Origin: Poseidonia sp.
GTDB taxonomy: Archaea; Thermoplasmatota; Poseidoniia; Poseidoniales; Poseidoniaceae
DNA: 64,000 nucleotides
Assembly (NCBI GenBank): GCA_965661285.1
Contig: CBFIDD010000003.1
Span: forward strand, 128,001-192,000
Reading direction: 5' to 3'
Shown: positions 30,051 to 40,300 of the stretch, piece after piece
Position numbering within the stretch: the first letter of the stretch is position 1
Layout of the letters: each line of letters starts with the position of its first letter
Program-made: the position numbers and the translations under genes
The notes under the pieces: generated by a model
Told to the model about the DNA's origin: nothing
Databases searched by the model: none
Seen by the model: the letters and a program-made list of their open reading frames with translations, nothing else

Positions 30051-32851
30051 CAATCATCACCTCCCATATGTCGCTGTTCTTTTTTCAGCCAGGCTCGCCC
30101 TGCAAACCCGAGTTCGGCCAACTGTTCCGGCAAGGGCTCATCGGCTTCTCGCCATCCATCCACCTGTTCGGCCAGAGGGCGGTCGGGGTCAAAACCAAAC
30201 AAAACGCCGTTGACATACGCCGAGGTGTCTTCGCTTCGCTGGCGCAAGCGGTCCCGCTCCCGGTGTTCATCGCTGCGCGAGACGAGGACCTTTTGCAGTG
30301 GACCGTGCTTGAGGCGAGGAGGCGCAATCGCCTCTTCATCTTCCAAACCGTGCTGTTTGAGGTGCTTCTGAATGCCCGCATAGACCACATCGGGGGTGAG
30401 CGGCAGGTCTCGCAATCGGATACCGATAGCGTCGTAGACGGCGTTCACCACAGCAGGCAAAATGGGCAGGAGTGGACCTTCACCCGCTTCTTTCGCACCA
30501 AACGGCCCTTCTGGGTCGCTTGATTCCACGATGATGGCCTCAACATTCGGCATTTCGTGAACGCTTGGGATCTTGTATTCGAGGAGGTTGGCGTTTTGGA
30601 GATGACCGGTGCGACCGTAGACCATCTTCTCGGTCAAGACTTGACCCAGGCCCATGTGGCACGACCCGATGATTTGCCCCTTCACCGCAAGCGGATTGAG
30701 CGCCTTACCACAATCGTGGGCCGCCCAAACATTGGTGCAGGAGACCAAACCGGTTTCCACATCGACATCCACCTCAGCGACATAAGCCGAAAAGGAATAG
30801 GCGGGAGCAAGACCTGCGGCTGCACCTTTGTGAACGCCACCCATGGGCGGGGAGCGGTACGCCCCCCGGGCGATGAGCGCACCGGTATCGGCTTGCGCTT
30901 TGTGAAGAGCCTCAAGGTACGACACACCGATGGCAGGGTCGTGCTTGTAGTAGATACGACGGTCGTTGAGGACCAGAACGTTTGGATGGTAGCCCAGAAT
31001 TTCCCATGCAGCCTTGAGCAGCTGGTCTCGAATGCCAATGGCAGCACGGATGGCAGCGTTGGCATTCATGAAGGTGACGCGACTGGAATAGGAACCGAGG
31101 TCAACGGGACTCGTGTCGCTTTCGTGGCTGCGAACATGAATCAGTTCAATGGGGAGAGCGAGTACCTCTGCGACCACCTGAGCCACGGCCGTGGTGGAGC
31201 CTTGACCAATATCGGCAGCGCCGGTGTGGACCGTCACACCGCCGTCCATGTCAACTTGAATGTGAACCGTGGCGTGTGGGAAGTTCTTGGGGTCCCAGTG
31301 GATTGGGAGCCCGGAACCGGAGATGAAGAAACCACAGCCGATACCGATGCCCTTTCCGAGCGGGAGTTGGCGGAATTTGCTGTCCCACTGTGAACCCTCT
31401 CGAACCCGTTCAAGCGCCTCACGCATGCCGTTTGAGGTGATACGGAAGCCGCTGATGGTCCGGCTGTGAGGGGGCAGCAGATTGGCAAGGCGAAGGTCGA
31501 TGGGGTCGACGTTCATGGATTCGGCCATCTCGTCAAGGCCCACTTCAACAGCGCATCGCGTGTTGACGGCCCCGTGGCCTCGCATGGCACCGGAGGCTGG
31601 TTTGTTGGTCCAAACCCTTGCACCCGTGTAGTGGAAGGAGCCCAACTCGTACGGTGCTGTTGCGAGAACGCCGTTGTAGTACGAAGTGACGTGTCCAAAG
31701 GAGGCGAATCCGCCGCCGTCGATCAGCGCATCGATGTCAAATCCAGAGATGCGGCCCTCGTCATCGGCGGTCATCTTCACGTCGATATGACTGGGGTGGC
31801 GGCCACGGTTGATCCAATAGACTTCCTCGCGGTCAAACGTGATGCGAACTGGACGCCCTGCTTTTCGCGCCAACAGGGCAGCACACATTTCGTGTGGGAA
31901 CGGGTCCGATTTACCACCAAATCCACCGCCGACAAAGGTTCGCACGACGTTGATTTGATGCATCGGGACATCCAAGACCGTTGAAAGCGCCCGGTGCGTG
32001 TAGTGGGGCACTTGTTGTGGCGTGTAGAGTTGGAGACGCCCGTTCGGGTCCCAATGGGCCACCACCGCATGGGGTTCTGTGAAACCGTGATGAACTCCCA
32101 TCATGGTCCACGAGCCGTGGGACGAGGCGTGGGGCGTCTTGACCAGCGAGCGGTCGCCAAATTCCTGGAACACGCGCTTTTGCACGTTGGTGCGAGCGAG
32201 GTGGTACTTTCCGCGCCAATGAATGGGCTCGTCGTGGTCCTCAAGGCCCTTTTTCGGGTCGAAGACCGGTTCCAACTCTTCCCATTCGATGTCGAACAAC
32301 GAGAGGGCTTCGATGGCGGTGGCTTCGTCCACAGCAGCCACGCAAGCGACCAAATCTCCGACGTGGCGGACTTTCTCAACCGCCATGGCATGCTCGTCCT
32401 TGGTCACGGGAAGCACACCGAATCGGTTGGGTGCGTCCTCACCGGTCGAGACGGCAATGACGCCAGGCAGGGCTTCCACCCGGCTGGTGTCGATGGATTT
32501 GATGCGAGCATAGTGGTGCGGTGAACGGAGGATTTTACCAATCAGTTCACCGGGGAGACGAACATCATCGCCATACCACGCCTGTCCGGTGACTTTGGCG
32601 TTGGAATCAACCAGCGGTATCGATTTCCCAACCACCGTGCCGGTTCGGTCACGGTCGTGGATGTGGTCGCCAGCAGGTTTGGCCTCTTTTCCACCCACGG
32701 TTTCGGGAATGAAGTCCAAATCCCTCGGGCGCATGACGGGTTCGCTCCCGCCGGAACCTGGAGGCGGGAAGACCTGTTTTCCTGCCACCCGCTTCCCGTC
32801 CTTGCGCACCTCTGAGGAGGAGGCCCCTGGTTGTTGACGATAGCTTCCCAT
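30050..32851 (-). CDS. Xanthine-dehydrogenase-family molybdopterin subunit (HcrA-like)
   Basis: KVTGQAWY, QVPH, GGGFGGK, GAMRGHG, DIGQGS, LGSYSSRVT, GPFGAKEAGE. Confidence 0.9.
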   Translation of the reverse strand: MGSYRQQPGASSSEVRKDGKRVAGKQVFPPPGSGGSEPVMRPRDLDFIPETVGGKEAKPAGDHIHDRDRTGTVVGKSIPLVDSNAKVTGQAWYGDDVRLPGELIGKILRSPHHYARIKSIDTSRVEALPGVIAVSTGEDAPNRFGVLPVTKDEHAMAVEKVRHVGDLVACVAAVDEATAIEALSLFDIEWEELEPVFDPKKGLEDHDEPIHWRGKYHLARTNVQKRVFQEFGDRSLVKTPHASSHGSWTMMGVHHGFTEPHAVVAHWDPNGRLQLYTPQQVPHYTHRALSTVLDVPMHQINVVRTFVGGGFGGKSDPFPHEMCAALLARKAGRPVRITFDREEVYWINRGRHPSHIDVKMTADDEGRISGFDIDALIDGGGFASFGHVTSYYNGVLATAPYELGSFHYTGARVWTNKPASGAMRGHGAVNTRCAVEVGLDEMAESMNVDPIDLRLANLLPPHSRTISGFRITSNGMREALERVREGSQWDSKFRQLPLGKGIGIGCGFFISGSGLPIHWDPKNFPHATVHIQVDMDGGVTVHTGAADIGQGSTTAVAQVVAEVLALPIELIHVRSHESDTSPVDLGSYSSRVTFMNANAAIRAAIGIRDQLLKAAWEILGYHPNVLVLNDRRIYYKHDPAIGVSYLEALHKAQADTGALIARGAYRSPPMGGVHKGAAAGLAPAYSFSAYVAEVDVDVETGLVSCTNVWAAHDCGKALNPLAVKGQIIGSCHMGLGQVLTEKMVYGRTGHLQNANLLEYKIPSVHEMPNVEAIIVESSDPEGPFGAKEAGEGPLLPILPAVVNAVYDAIGIRLRDLPLTPDVVYAGIQKHLKQHGLEDEEAIAPPRLKHGPLQKVLVSRSDEHRERDRLRQRSEDTSAYVNGVLFGFDPDRPLAEQVDGWREADEPLPEQLAELGFAGRAWLKKEQRHMGGDD

Positions 32852-32856
32852 GGTGA

Positions 32857-33486
32857 TCACTTCGCATGGCCAGGCGGCATCGTGGGCTCTCCTGGACCCG
32901 AAGGATGCGGGTCAGGATGGGGATGGCTGGCCGGTTCGCTCGGGGCGACATCGCCACGGTGGATGGCTGCGGCTGCTTCGATGGAATCGATGATTTGTTG
33001 GTAGCCCGTGCAACGACAGAGATTGCCTTCAATGGCACAGGCAATTTCTTCTCGCGTCGGGTTGTCGTTTTCGTTGAGCAGGGCCTGAGATGCCACCAAG
33101 AATCCCGGGGTGCAGAATCCGCACTGAGAACCTCCGTGCGTGGCGAAACACGTCTGTATGGGTGCAAGATGAGCGCCGTCGGAAAGGCCCTCAACCGTGA
33201 TGATGTCAGCGCCCTGAACTTGACCTGCGAGGGTGAGGCACGAGAGTTTTGGCACTCCGTCGATCATCACGGTGCAGCATCCACAGGTGCCCAAGTCACA
33301 TCCACGCTTGACGCCGAGGGTGCCGACCTTATCGCGGAGCACATCGAGGAGGACGGCATTGCTCGGTGCGAGGACTTCATGAGGCCGACCGTTGACGGTT
33401 GCTGACCACCGTTTGCCCTCCGGCGCAGGAATCATCGAAACGTGCTCTTCACCCACCATGGTCGCCCCTGTTTGGCCGTAGGCCAT
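32857..33486 (-). CDS. Xanthine-dehydrogenase-family 2x[2Fe-2S] subunit (HcrC/CoxS-like)
   Basis: GCDLGTCGCCTV, QCGFCTPG, GNLCRCTGY. Confidence 0.93.
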   Translation of the reverse strand: MAYGQTGATMVGEEHVSMIPAPEGKRWSATVNGRPHEVLAPSNAVLLDVLRDKVGTLGVKRGCDLGTCGCCTVMIDGVPKLSCLTLAGQVQGADIITVEGLSDGAHLAPIQTCFATHGGSQCGFCTPGFLVASQALLNENDNPTREEIACAIEGNLCRCTGYQQIIDSIEAAAAIHRGDVAPSEPASHPHPDPHPSGPGEPTMPPGHAK

Positions 33487-33518
33487 TGACTCTTTGATGA
33501 TTGGGGGGCTGTGGCCTC

Positions 33519-34580
33519 TTATTCTTCCTCAGACGATGTACCGATGAGGTCGTTTTCTGCATATTCGATGGCGTTGCGAAGAACCAGCCCGTGATAGACG
33601 CGAATGTTGCGCTGTTTGACTGCATCATTGACCTCCGTCTCGATTTTTCTCAACACATCGGAGTCCTCCGCCTCCTCAATTTCTTGAAGCAGACGGTTGA
33701 ACTCACGTCGCCGAGCAAAGAAAACGGCGAAGTAAACGGGCACCAAAAGCAACGGAATAACCAATTCTTCAAACACGATTTCGCTGACAAAGGAAAGCGA
33801 AAATTCTGAATAATCGGAATCGTACTCAAAACTGAACGAACCGGGTCCAAGGCCACCGGTGTAGAAGATGCCGGTATTGGCACCAAAATACATGGTAAAC
33901 GGCGTTTCGTCCTCGTCAAAGATATCCGAACCCCGGTCGATTTCGATGTAGTCGGGCCAGCCGTCGTTGTCGTTGTCCGGGTCGAGGACATCCGGGATGG
34001 TGTCCTGGTCGGCGTCGGGTGGGGTGGAGTCCGGATTGTACGGGTCATAGAGAACGGTACCCGAGGAGGCCGAACGCTCCATTTCGTTGCGAATGCCATC
34101 ACCGTCGGCATCGTCGTCGTATTCGTCGGGCAGGAAATCCCCGTCAATGTCGGAACATCCTATCAGCCGAATCTTGCTCTTTCCGTAGATGTTCGGGCAG
34201 TTATCACTGAGCGAATGAAGGCCTTGGTCAGCATAGCCATCGCCATCGGTATCGGACCAAATCATCCCGTCCTCGGGCCAAACATCAACCTCGTCCAGCG
34301 AACCGTCGCCGTCCATGTCCGGGTCGGCAACATCGCCAAGACCGTCACCGTCGAGATCGCGATGCTCAGAAGCGTTGTCGGGAAAAGCATCGGCCCCCAT
34401 GCTTTCGTTCCATCCCTCATCAGGGTCCGACCATCCGTCGCCGTCCGAGTCGAGGCACCCCTGCCGATCCTCGGTCGATGAGCCGGCAACGCACGGTGCA
34501 CCTTGATCCTCCTGTGCTGAAACAGGCATCAGAAGGCAGATGGCGAGCAGCATGGTGAAGGCGAGGCATCGTTCACCCAT
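33519..34580 (-). CDS. Thrombospondin type-3 (DxDxDG) repeat membrane protein
   Basis: Signal peptide, many DSDGDG/DLDGDG/DTDGDG Ca-binding repeats, C-terminal TM and helical tail. Confidence 0.8.
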   Translation of the reverse strand: MGERCLAFTMLLAICLLMPVSAQEDQGAPCVAGSSTEDRQGCLDSDGDGWSDPDEGWNESMGADAFPDNASEHRDLDGDGLGDVADPDMDGDGSLDEVDVWPEDGMIWSDTDGDGYADQGLHSLSDNCPNIYGKSKIRLIGCSDIDGDFLPDEYDDDADGDGIRNEMERSASSGTVLYDPYNPDSTPPDADQDTIPDVLDPDNDNDGWPDYIEIDRGSDIFDEDETPFTMYFGANTGIFYTGGLGPGSFSFEYDSDYSEFSLSFVSEIVFEELVIPLLLVPVYFAVFFARRREFNRLLQEIEEAEDSDVLRKIETEVNDAVKQRNIRVYHGLVLRNAIEYAENDLIGTSSEEE

Positions 34581-34699
34581 GCCTACTCCACCCAGCGTGC
34601 ACTAATGGCTTTTTTTCAACAAAAGGTCGGCGGGCAACCATGCTGTTGAGGTGACATTCCATCCAAGGTTTGAAAAAGAAACCCGCCGTATTTTACCAT

Positions 34700-35233
34700 A
34701 TGCAAAAGTTCACCGTGATGTTGACGCTCATGCTTCTTCTTTTCCCGCTTACGGGTTGCACGGCTGACGAGGAGACCGAACGCCAAGCCTTCCCTTCCTT
34801 TTCTGCCGTAGCCGACGACAACCAAACCTACGACAATGCGCGAATGGCCGGAAGTGCCTTCATCGTTGTGTTTTCTGCGGAATGGTGCAACAGCCCCTGT
34901 CACACCACGATGCACGCAATTTGGGATGCAAAAGCCGGACTCCCCGTTCTGGTCATGTCCACCGACCCCGCAGAAAACGCAGGGAGCATGACACTGAGCG
35001 ATTGGCATGCTTCGGCCAACGCACACGACGACGAGGAGGGCGATACAGGCGTCGACCTCACAACGTATGCGTTCATGAAGGGCAGTGAGGTGGCGGCCGA
35101 ACTCGATATCACACGGCCCGGTTCGCTGGCGTTCGTTAACGGAGAGGGTGAAATCACCTATCTTCACGAAGGTCGTTTGGACGACATTGCAGAGATCCTC
35201 GCAAAGTGGAACGAAGCCAATGGAACGGCTTGA
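34700..35233 (+). CDS. Redoxin-fold lipoprotein with WCNSPC motif
   Basis: Lipobox LTGC, FPSFSAVADD, VVFSAEWCNSPC, PGSLAFVNGEGEI. Confidence 0.7.
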   Translation: MQKFTVMLTLMLLLFPLTGCTADEETERQAFPSFSAVADDNQTYDNARMAGSAFIVVFSAEWCNSPCHTTMHAIWDAKAGLPVLVMSTDPAENAGSMTLSDWHASANAHDDEEGDTGVDLTTYAFMKGSEVAAELDITRPGSLAFVNGEGEITYLHEGRLDDIAEILAKWNEANGTA

Positions 35234-35238
35234 ACGAA

Positions 35239-37218
35239 TCACTCCACCAGTTTGGCGTCGTCAACGACGGCTGCAATATCAGCGTCGTTCTTCGTCCAGT
35301 CGATGACTTCAACGTGAGCTGAACCCTCAGCCTTGTTGAGAACGATCATCGCCGTAATGAGCAAGAGCACCAGGAGCAGCACGATGCTCGGTGCCACCCA
35401 TCCGGGGAGGTCGCCAAACAAGCCGTCGTCATCACCGTTTGCAAAGGTCTTCGCATTGGCCGTGTCCATCAGCATCACGTTCACGGAGACGAGGGAAGTG
35501 GCAGAATGCCCGCCGCTTTCGTTGGCGGCCAAACCTCGCAGAGAAAGCGTATGGTTCCCTTCCACCTCAATCCCGGGAAGGTGTTCGAGTTGGTGAACGA
35601 TGGTGGTCAAGTCAAGCGTGGCTTTCTCGTCGCCTTCGTCAAACGTGTGAAGGTTCGCCCAGTCGTCCCTCAGATGGTTGCTGCGCCACTGTACGGTGTC
35701 AAGATAGCCGTTGAGGTCAATTTCAATCTCATCGCCTGGCATGAGGTGAATGCGGTCGTCAACGCCAACTTCGGTGGTCACCGTCAACGCAACGGAGGCA
35801 TCGAGTTGGTAATCGCGCTGAGCGGCCTCCATCACGGCAGCAAGGGCCTCAACATGGCCGTGGCCGTACACGTTGTTTTGACGGTTTTTCGGAATCTGAT
35901 CCTCCAAACAAGGTTCGTTGGCCAGCATGTAATGACATTCTCGGTAAGTGGCTGTTTCTTGGAGAATGTTTCGAACGTCAAACGGTGAAAGGTCCGGATT
36001 GGCCTGCAACATCAAGGCCACCGTTCCGGCCACACCGGGTGTGGCCATGCTCGTGCCGCTGAAGGCCACGTACCCGTCGCCAGAATTGTGCTGTGCGGAC
36101 ATGACGTCCGAGCCAACAAAGGCCACATTCGGTTTGACCCGGCCTTCTTCCGTTGGCCCCTGACTGCTGTACACGGCGATGGCTGTGTTCTTGTCCAGGG
36201 CGCCCACCGTGATGACATCCTCTGCGGAACCCGGGGTGCCAATTTGAGCGGAGGCGAAACTGTTTCCGGCAGCGATGAGCATGGTGATACCGGCGCGAAC
36301 CATCTCGTTGGCGTAGCGGTTCACGCTGTCCTCCTCAGCGGATGTCCATTCAATGGGACCCGGACCGCCCAAACTCATGGAGGCTGCGCGGATGTTGAAT
36401 TCATAGCGGTGGTCGACCGTCCACTGCATGCCGGCCATGACGGTAGCAAAGCTTCCTGAACCGTCGGCGTCGAGGACTTTCACGCCCACCAAAAACGCCT
36501 GAGGCGCCATACCCGGGTGTTCAAAGGTCGGAGCACCCGTCCCCGCTACGGTTCCAGCGCAATGCGTGCCGTGCCCTTGGTCGTCATACGCTTGAATTTC
36601 GGTGCCGTTGGTTTTGTCTGGATTGTTGACGGCGTCGTAGAAGGCGATGACCTTCGGGTCCATCGTGCTGTTGTCGTCGTCCAAGTCATCAAGGCCGACG
36701 TGGAGACTGTCAATGCCGGTGTCGATGACGGCGACCGTTACACCCGAGCCATCATAGCCGGTTTGCTGCTGAGCGAGATCCACTTCGTGAATGACGGCAG
36801 CATCGCCGTTCTGCACCTCAAGCATACCGTCAAGTTCCAGCATGACAACACCCGGAAGGGTGGTCGTTTCGAGGATCATGTTGTGAGGAATACGACCGGC
36901 AACAGCATCGATAAGCGGGAGGTTCCACTGGTGGACGTAGCCCACTTCACGCTCAAGCATGGCGATGTCCGACTCGGTGGGGGTGTGGTCGAAATCAACG
37001 ATGAGCGGGAGGGTGCTGGCCTCGTCAAGGAAAAGAGGGTGGTCGTGGTATTTCTCAACCATGTCCGCAATGTTGTTGCGGTTCTTGTCCATGGAGGTGG
37101 TGTGCCACCACGCCTCTTCCGAGGGCGACGGCTCCCCTGCGTGGACCGGCATGGCCAAGGCCAAGACCGGCGTGAGCATCAGGCAAAAACACAGCACACT
37201 GAGCAGGGGACGCATCAT
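35239..37218 (-). CDS. Membrane-anchored S8 subtilisin-like serine protease
   Basis: Catalytic triad motifs VIDTGID, HGTHCAG, SGTSMATP; AAGN oxyanion; signal peptide and C-terminal TM. Confidence 0.95.
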   Translation of the reverse strand: MMRPLLSVLCFCLMLTPVLALAMPVHAGEPSPSEEAWWHTTSMDKNRNNIADMVEKYHDHPLFLDEASTLPLIVDFDHTPTESDIAMLEREVGYVHQWNLPLIDAVAGRIPHNMILETTTLPGVVMLELDGMLEVQNGDAAVIHEVDLAQQQTGYDGSGVTVAVIDTGIDSLHVGLDDLDDDNSTMDPKVIAFYDAVNNPDKTNGTEIQAYDDQGHGTHCAGTVAGTGAPTFEHPGMAPQAFLVGVKVLDADGSGSFATVMAGMQWTVDHRYEFNIRAASMSLGGPGPIEWTSAEEDSVNRYANEMVRAGITMLIAAGNSFASAQIGTPGSAEDVITVGALDKNTAIAVYSSQGPTEEGRVKPNVAFVGSDVMSAQHNSGDGYVAFSGTSMATPGVAGTVALMLQANPDLSPFDVRNILQETATYRECHYMLANEPCLEDQIPKNRQNNVYGHGHVEALAAVMEAAQRDYQLDASVALTVTTEVGVDDRIHLMPGDEIEIDLNGYLDTVQWRSNHLRDDWANLHTFDEGDEKATLDLTTIVHQLEHLPGIEVEGNHTLSLRGLAANESGGHSATSLVSVNVMLMDTANAKTFANGDDDGLFGDLPGWVAPSIVLLLVLLLITAMIVLNKAEGSAHVEVIDWTKNDADIAAVVDDAKLVE

Positions 37219-37330
37219 GGAATTCTCCTCGTATCTCGCCACTCCTCGGCAGGTTTTCAATTCATTGGAGGCTTGTGAGGCCCCGCAGAGACACCACGCT
37301 CCACGAGAGAGTCTATTCCTCGGGTGCCGC

Positions 37331-37346
37331 GGGTATAATATTAAGT
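37331..37346 (+). promoter_or_regulatory. Putative TATA box upstream of the giant membrane-protein gene
   Basis: AT-rich TATAATATTAAG in a GC-rich divergent intergenic region. Confidence 0.5.
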
Positions 37347-37376
37347 GGAGAAGCAGGAGATTCCACCGCGATTCCG

Positions 37377-40300
37377 ATGGCAGCCCCAAAGAGAAGAGCC
37401 GCACCTGTACGAGCCAAAGCACAACCCGCTGGAACCCCAGCCCTCTCCGGCGGACTGGTGGCTGGCATGGAAACTCCGCAAGAAAGCATCACCTTGGTAC
37501 GCCCGAACCAAAATCTCAACCGAGACGATTTGCTGTTGATGAAGCTCTCGCAAATCGTCATGATGGGCATTGGGTTTCTTTCCATTTGGGGAGGCGTTTT
37601 CAGTGTCGCCTTTGATGAGGACGCAACGAATCAAAATTTCCTCGTTCTGTTCGTAGGCGGCCTCGCCTCGTTTTTGGTCTCAATCTTTTTGATTGAAGTT
37701 CAATCAAAGAAAAATGACTACAGGCTGAAAGACATTCAGAATTATTTCCTCGGTATCGCATTTTTCTTTTCCACCGTCGGCGTGTTGTGGGGAACCCGTT
37801 TCATGATGGGGTATGCAACAGGCACGCTCGAGCTTGATTGGTTTGGCTCGCCAGACGCCTACACCGAAGTGGACTGGTCGCCAAACGCCAACGGCATTTA
37901 CGCACAGACGGTCACGTGTTTGCTGCTCACGTTCGGTCATTTCTTGCTGCTTAAGCGCTACAGTGGCGATACCAGTTTCGGCTGGGGTGTGGCAACCTAT
38001 GCTCCCATGGCCGTCCTCATCGCCGGGGTTGGCCCTTGGATTCGCTGGTCGGAGAACCTGGTAAGTTGGGAACTTGGCGTCGCTATTGTGCTGATCTCCT
38101 TCGTCTCCATGGAGATGGCCCTTCGCTCAAACCGCGCCCTCAATTTTGTCGTGGTGGCGGTTGCAGCCTGTATCGTCCCCATCATCTACGAAGTCCTGAA
38201 CAGCGAAGCCCCTGATGACGGCATTGGCGGGGCCCTCTCCCTGATGGTCTTCATCATCGCCATGCAGGGCTACTATGCGTCTCGTCAAGACCTGCGCAAG
38301 GAAGTCATGGAGCGAGCCTCGGCGGTGCTCATCGGCACCGTCGTTGTCGCTATCGCCCTGGCCCGAACCGAGCCCGATTTCAACCTCATTCTCGGGCCGT
38401 TCCGAGCGGGCGATTATCCAGAACTCGCCTCCTATCTCAACATCCCCGTAGCGCTGTGGATTACGGTCCTGTTGGCCTATTTCCCCGCTGTCCTCCAGCA
38501 GCGTGTCCCATGGATGCCCGTTGGACTTGCGGTGGCCCTGGCGGTGCTGCCTCCCGAAGCCTCCACGGTCCCTTGGGTGCTGAGCATGGTGATGATTCCC
38601 TACATGGTGTTCATCTCAAAGGTCGCACGCCCGTGGGTGGTCAACATCACCATATTGGCCTTCAGCGGTGCTTACCTGCTGACGGATTGGGCGGGCATTG
38701 CTGCCGACTTGACCGCCAAGGAAACGTACGGTGGAACCTGGCTCCACGTCTTGCTCCCCGTCTTTATGGTGGCTGTTTCGGAAGCAGGCCGACGAACGGA
38801 GAAACTCGAAACGAGCACGAGTCTGGCCTTGCTCGGTGCGGTTGTGCTCTCCAGAGCCGTGCTTGACCCCGAATGGTTCCTGCCCTGGCTCTTGGTGGCC
38901 TACATGGCGTTCATGAGCTACAGCATGTTGCTCCAGTACCCTTCTCCGACCGTGAAACAACGAAAGGACATCACCCTTGCACTCATTGTGACATCCCTCA
39001 CCGTGCTGCTGCTCGCTGCTCTTGATAATCTCAAATTACCGCCCAGTTCAGCCTTTGACAGCATCGTGGACATGGGGATGCGACCGCAGTTCTTTGTGGT
39101 CAGCATCGTCCTGTATCTTCTCGCAGCAAAGGCGGCAGGGAAAGAGTTCGATGTTGGTTCCATCTTTTCCTGGTTCGGCCAAGGCAACCAAGACGAACTT
39201 GTTTACAACACGGCATCGAATGCGTGGGAAGTTCAGGACATCAGTAAGTTGGACCGCGACGCACTCATCGCATCGGCCGAACTCACCCCGCTTGCGCGAT
39301 TCAGTTTGCTGTCGTCCTTGGTGATGTTTACCTTCTCCATCAGCGATGTGAACGCCACCACGTGGGCCGACCAGCCCGCTCTTGTGTTGCTCATGGTGAT
39401 TCCAGTTGGTATGCTGATTCGAGAAGTCCTTGCCATGGACAGCATCAGTTCAGCCACCCGGGCCACGGCCGTGACCCTGCTGGTGCTCATCGCTGCACCG
39501 CTGTCAATCTCTCTGGGAGAGAATGTTTGGGGGACATCCGCGGACATTCAAACCTCTAACATCTTGCTTGACGGCATTCTGGTGAGCGCACCCCTCATCG
39601 TCAACGCCGTCATTGCGAGGCGAGGACTGGACAAGGGTGAATTGGACAGAAACAGCGACGGAGTGGCCTACATTATGCTGCTTCTTCTTGGGATGCTCGA
39701 TACGTCCGGGGGCTTGCTCCTGCTGCCCATCCTGCTGTTGGTCACCGCCCGACTCGTTCAGTTCAGGTTCTACCTCCTGCTTTCGTTCACGCCGCTTGCC
39801 CTCGTCTTCCTGGGCTCCGGATGGTACTCACACGGCCTGTTCAACGCCTTTTTGGACACCCTGCCAGCGAGTTTCCAAGATTACCTTCTCGACCGGCATG
39901 CTGGACCCTTCCCCGCCTTTATTGGATTGCTGGTCGGCACGCAGATGCTCTTCGGGCTGTCCCGCCTCTACACCTCTGATGAAGATGAGCTGGAATCGAG
40001 CTTGACGATGTTGTTGATGGCGCTTTGGCTGATCATTTCACTGTTCAGCAGCGTTCCTGATGGCTATTGGCTGCCCACGTTGGCGTGTGTGGTTTTGTTG
40101 CCGTATTTCTGGTACACCAACAACAGCCAAACCTTCCCCTACATGCTCGGCGCCCTGTTTGTTTCGCTTTACATTGGATTCTCCCTCAGCGAAACCTTCC
40201 AACCCATCACCGAAGCCGACGCCATCGGCTGGAGCGGGATGCTCACGGGCCTCACCGGTAGTGGAATGGGTCTCATGCATCAACGAGGCATCCTGTTTCG

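Noticed and set aside
30050-32851. Aerobic CO dehydrogenase CoxL
   Set aside because: The active-site loop is AMRGHG, not AYxCSFR (form I) or AYxGAGR (form II).
33900-34460. Repetitive gtc/atc-rich DNA as a non-coding repeat
   Set aside because: Explained by the DxDxDG repeats of the TSP3 protein.
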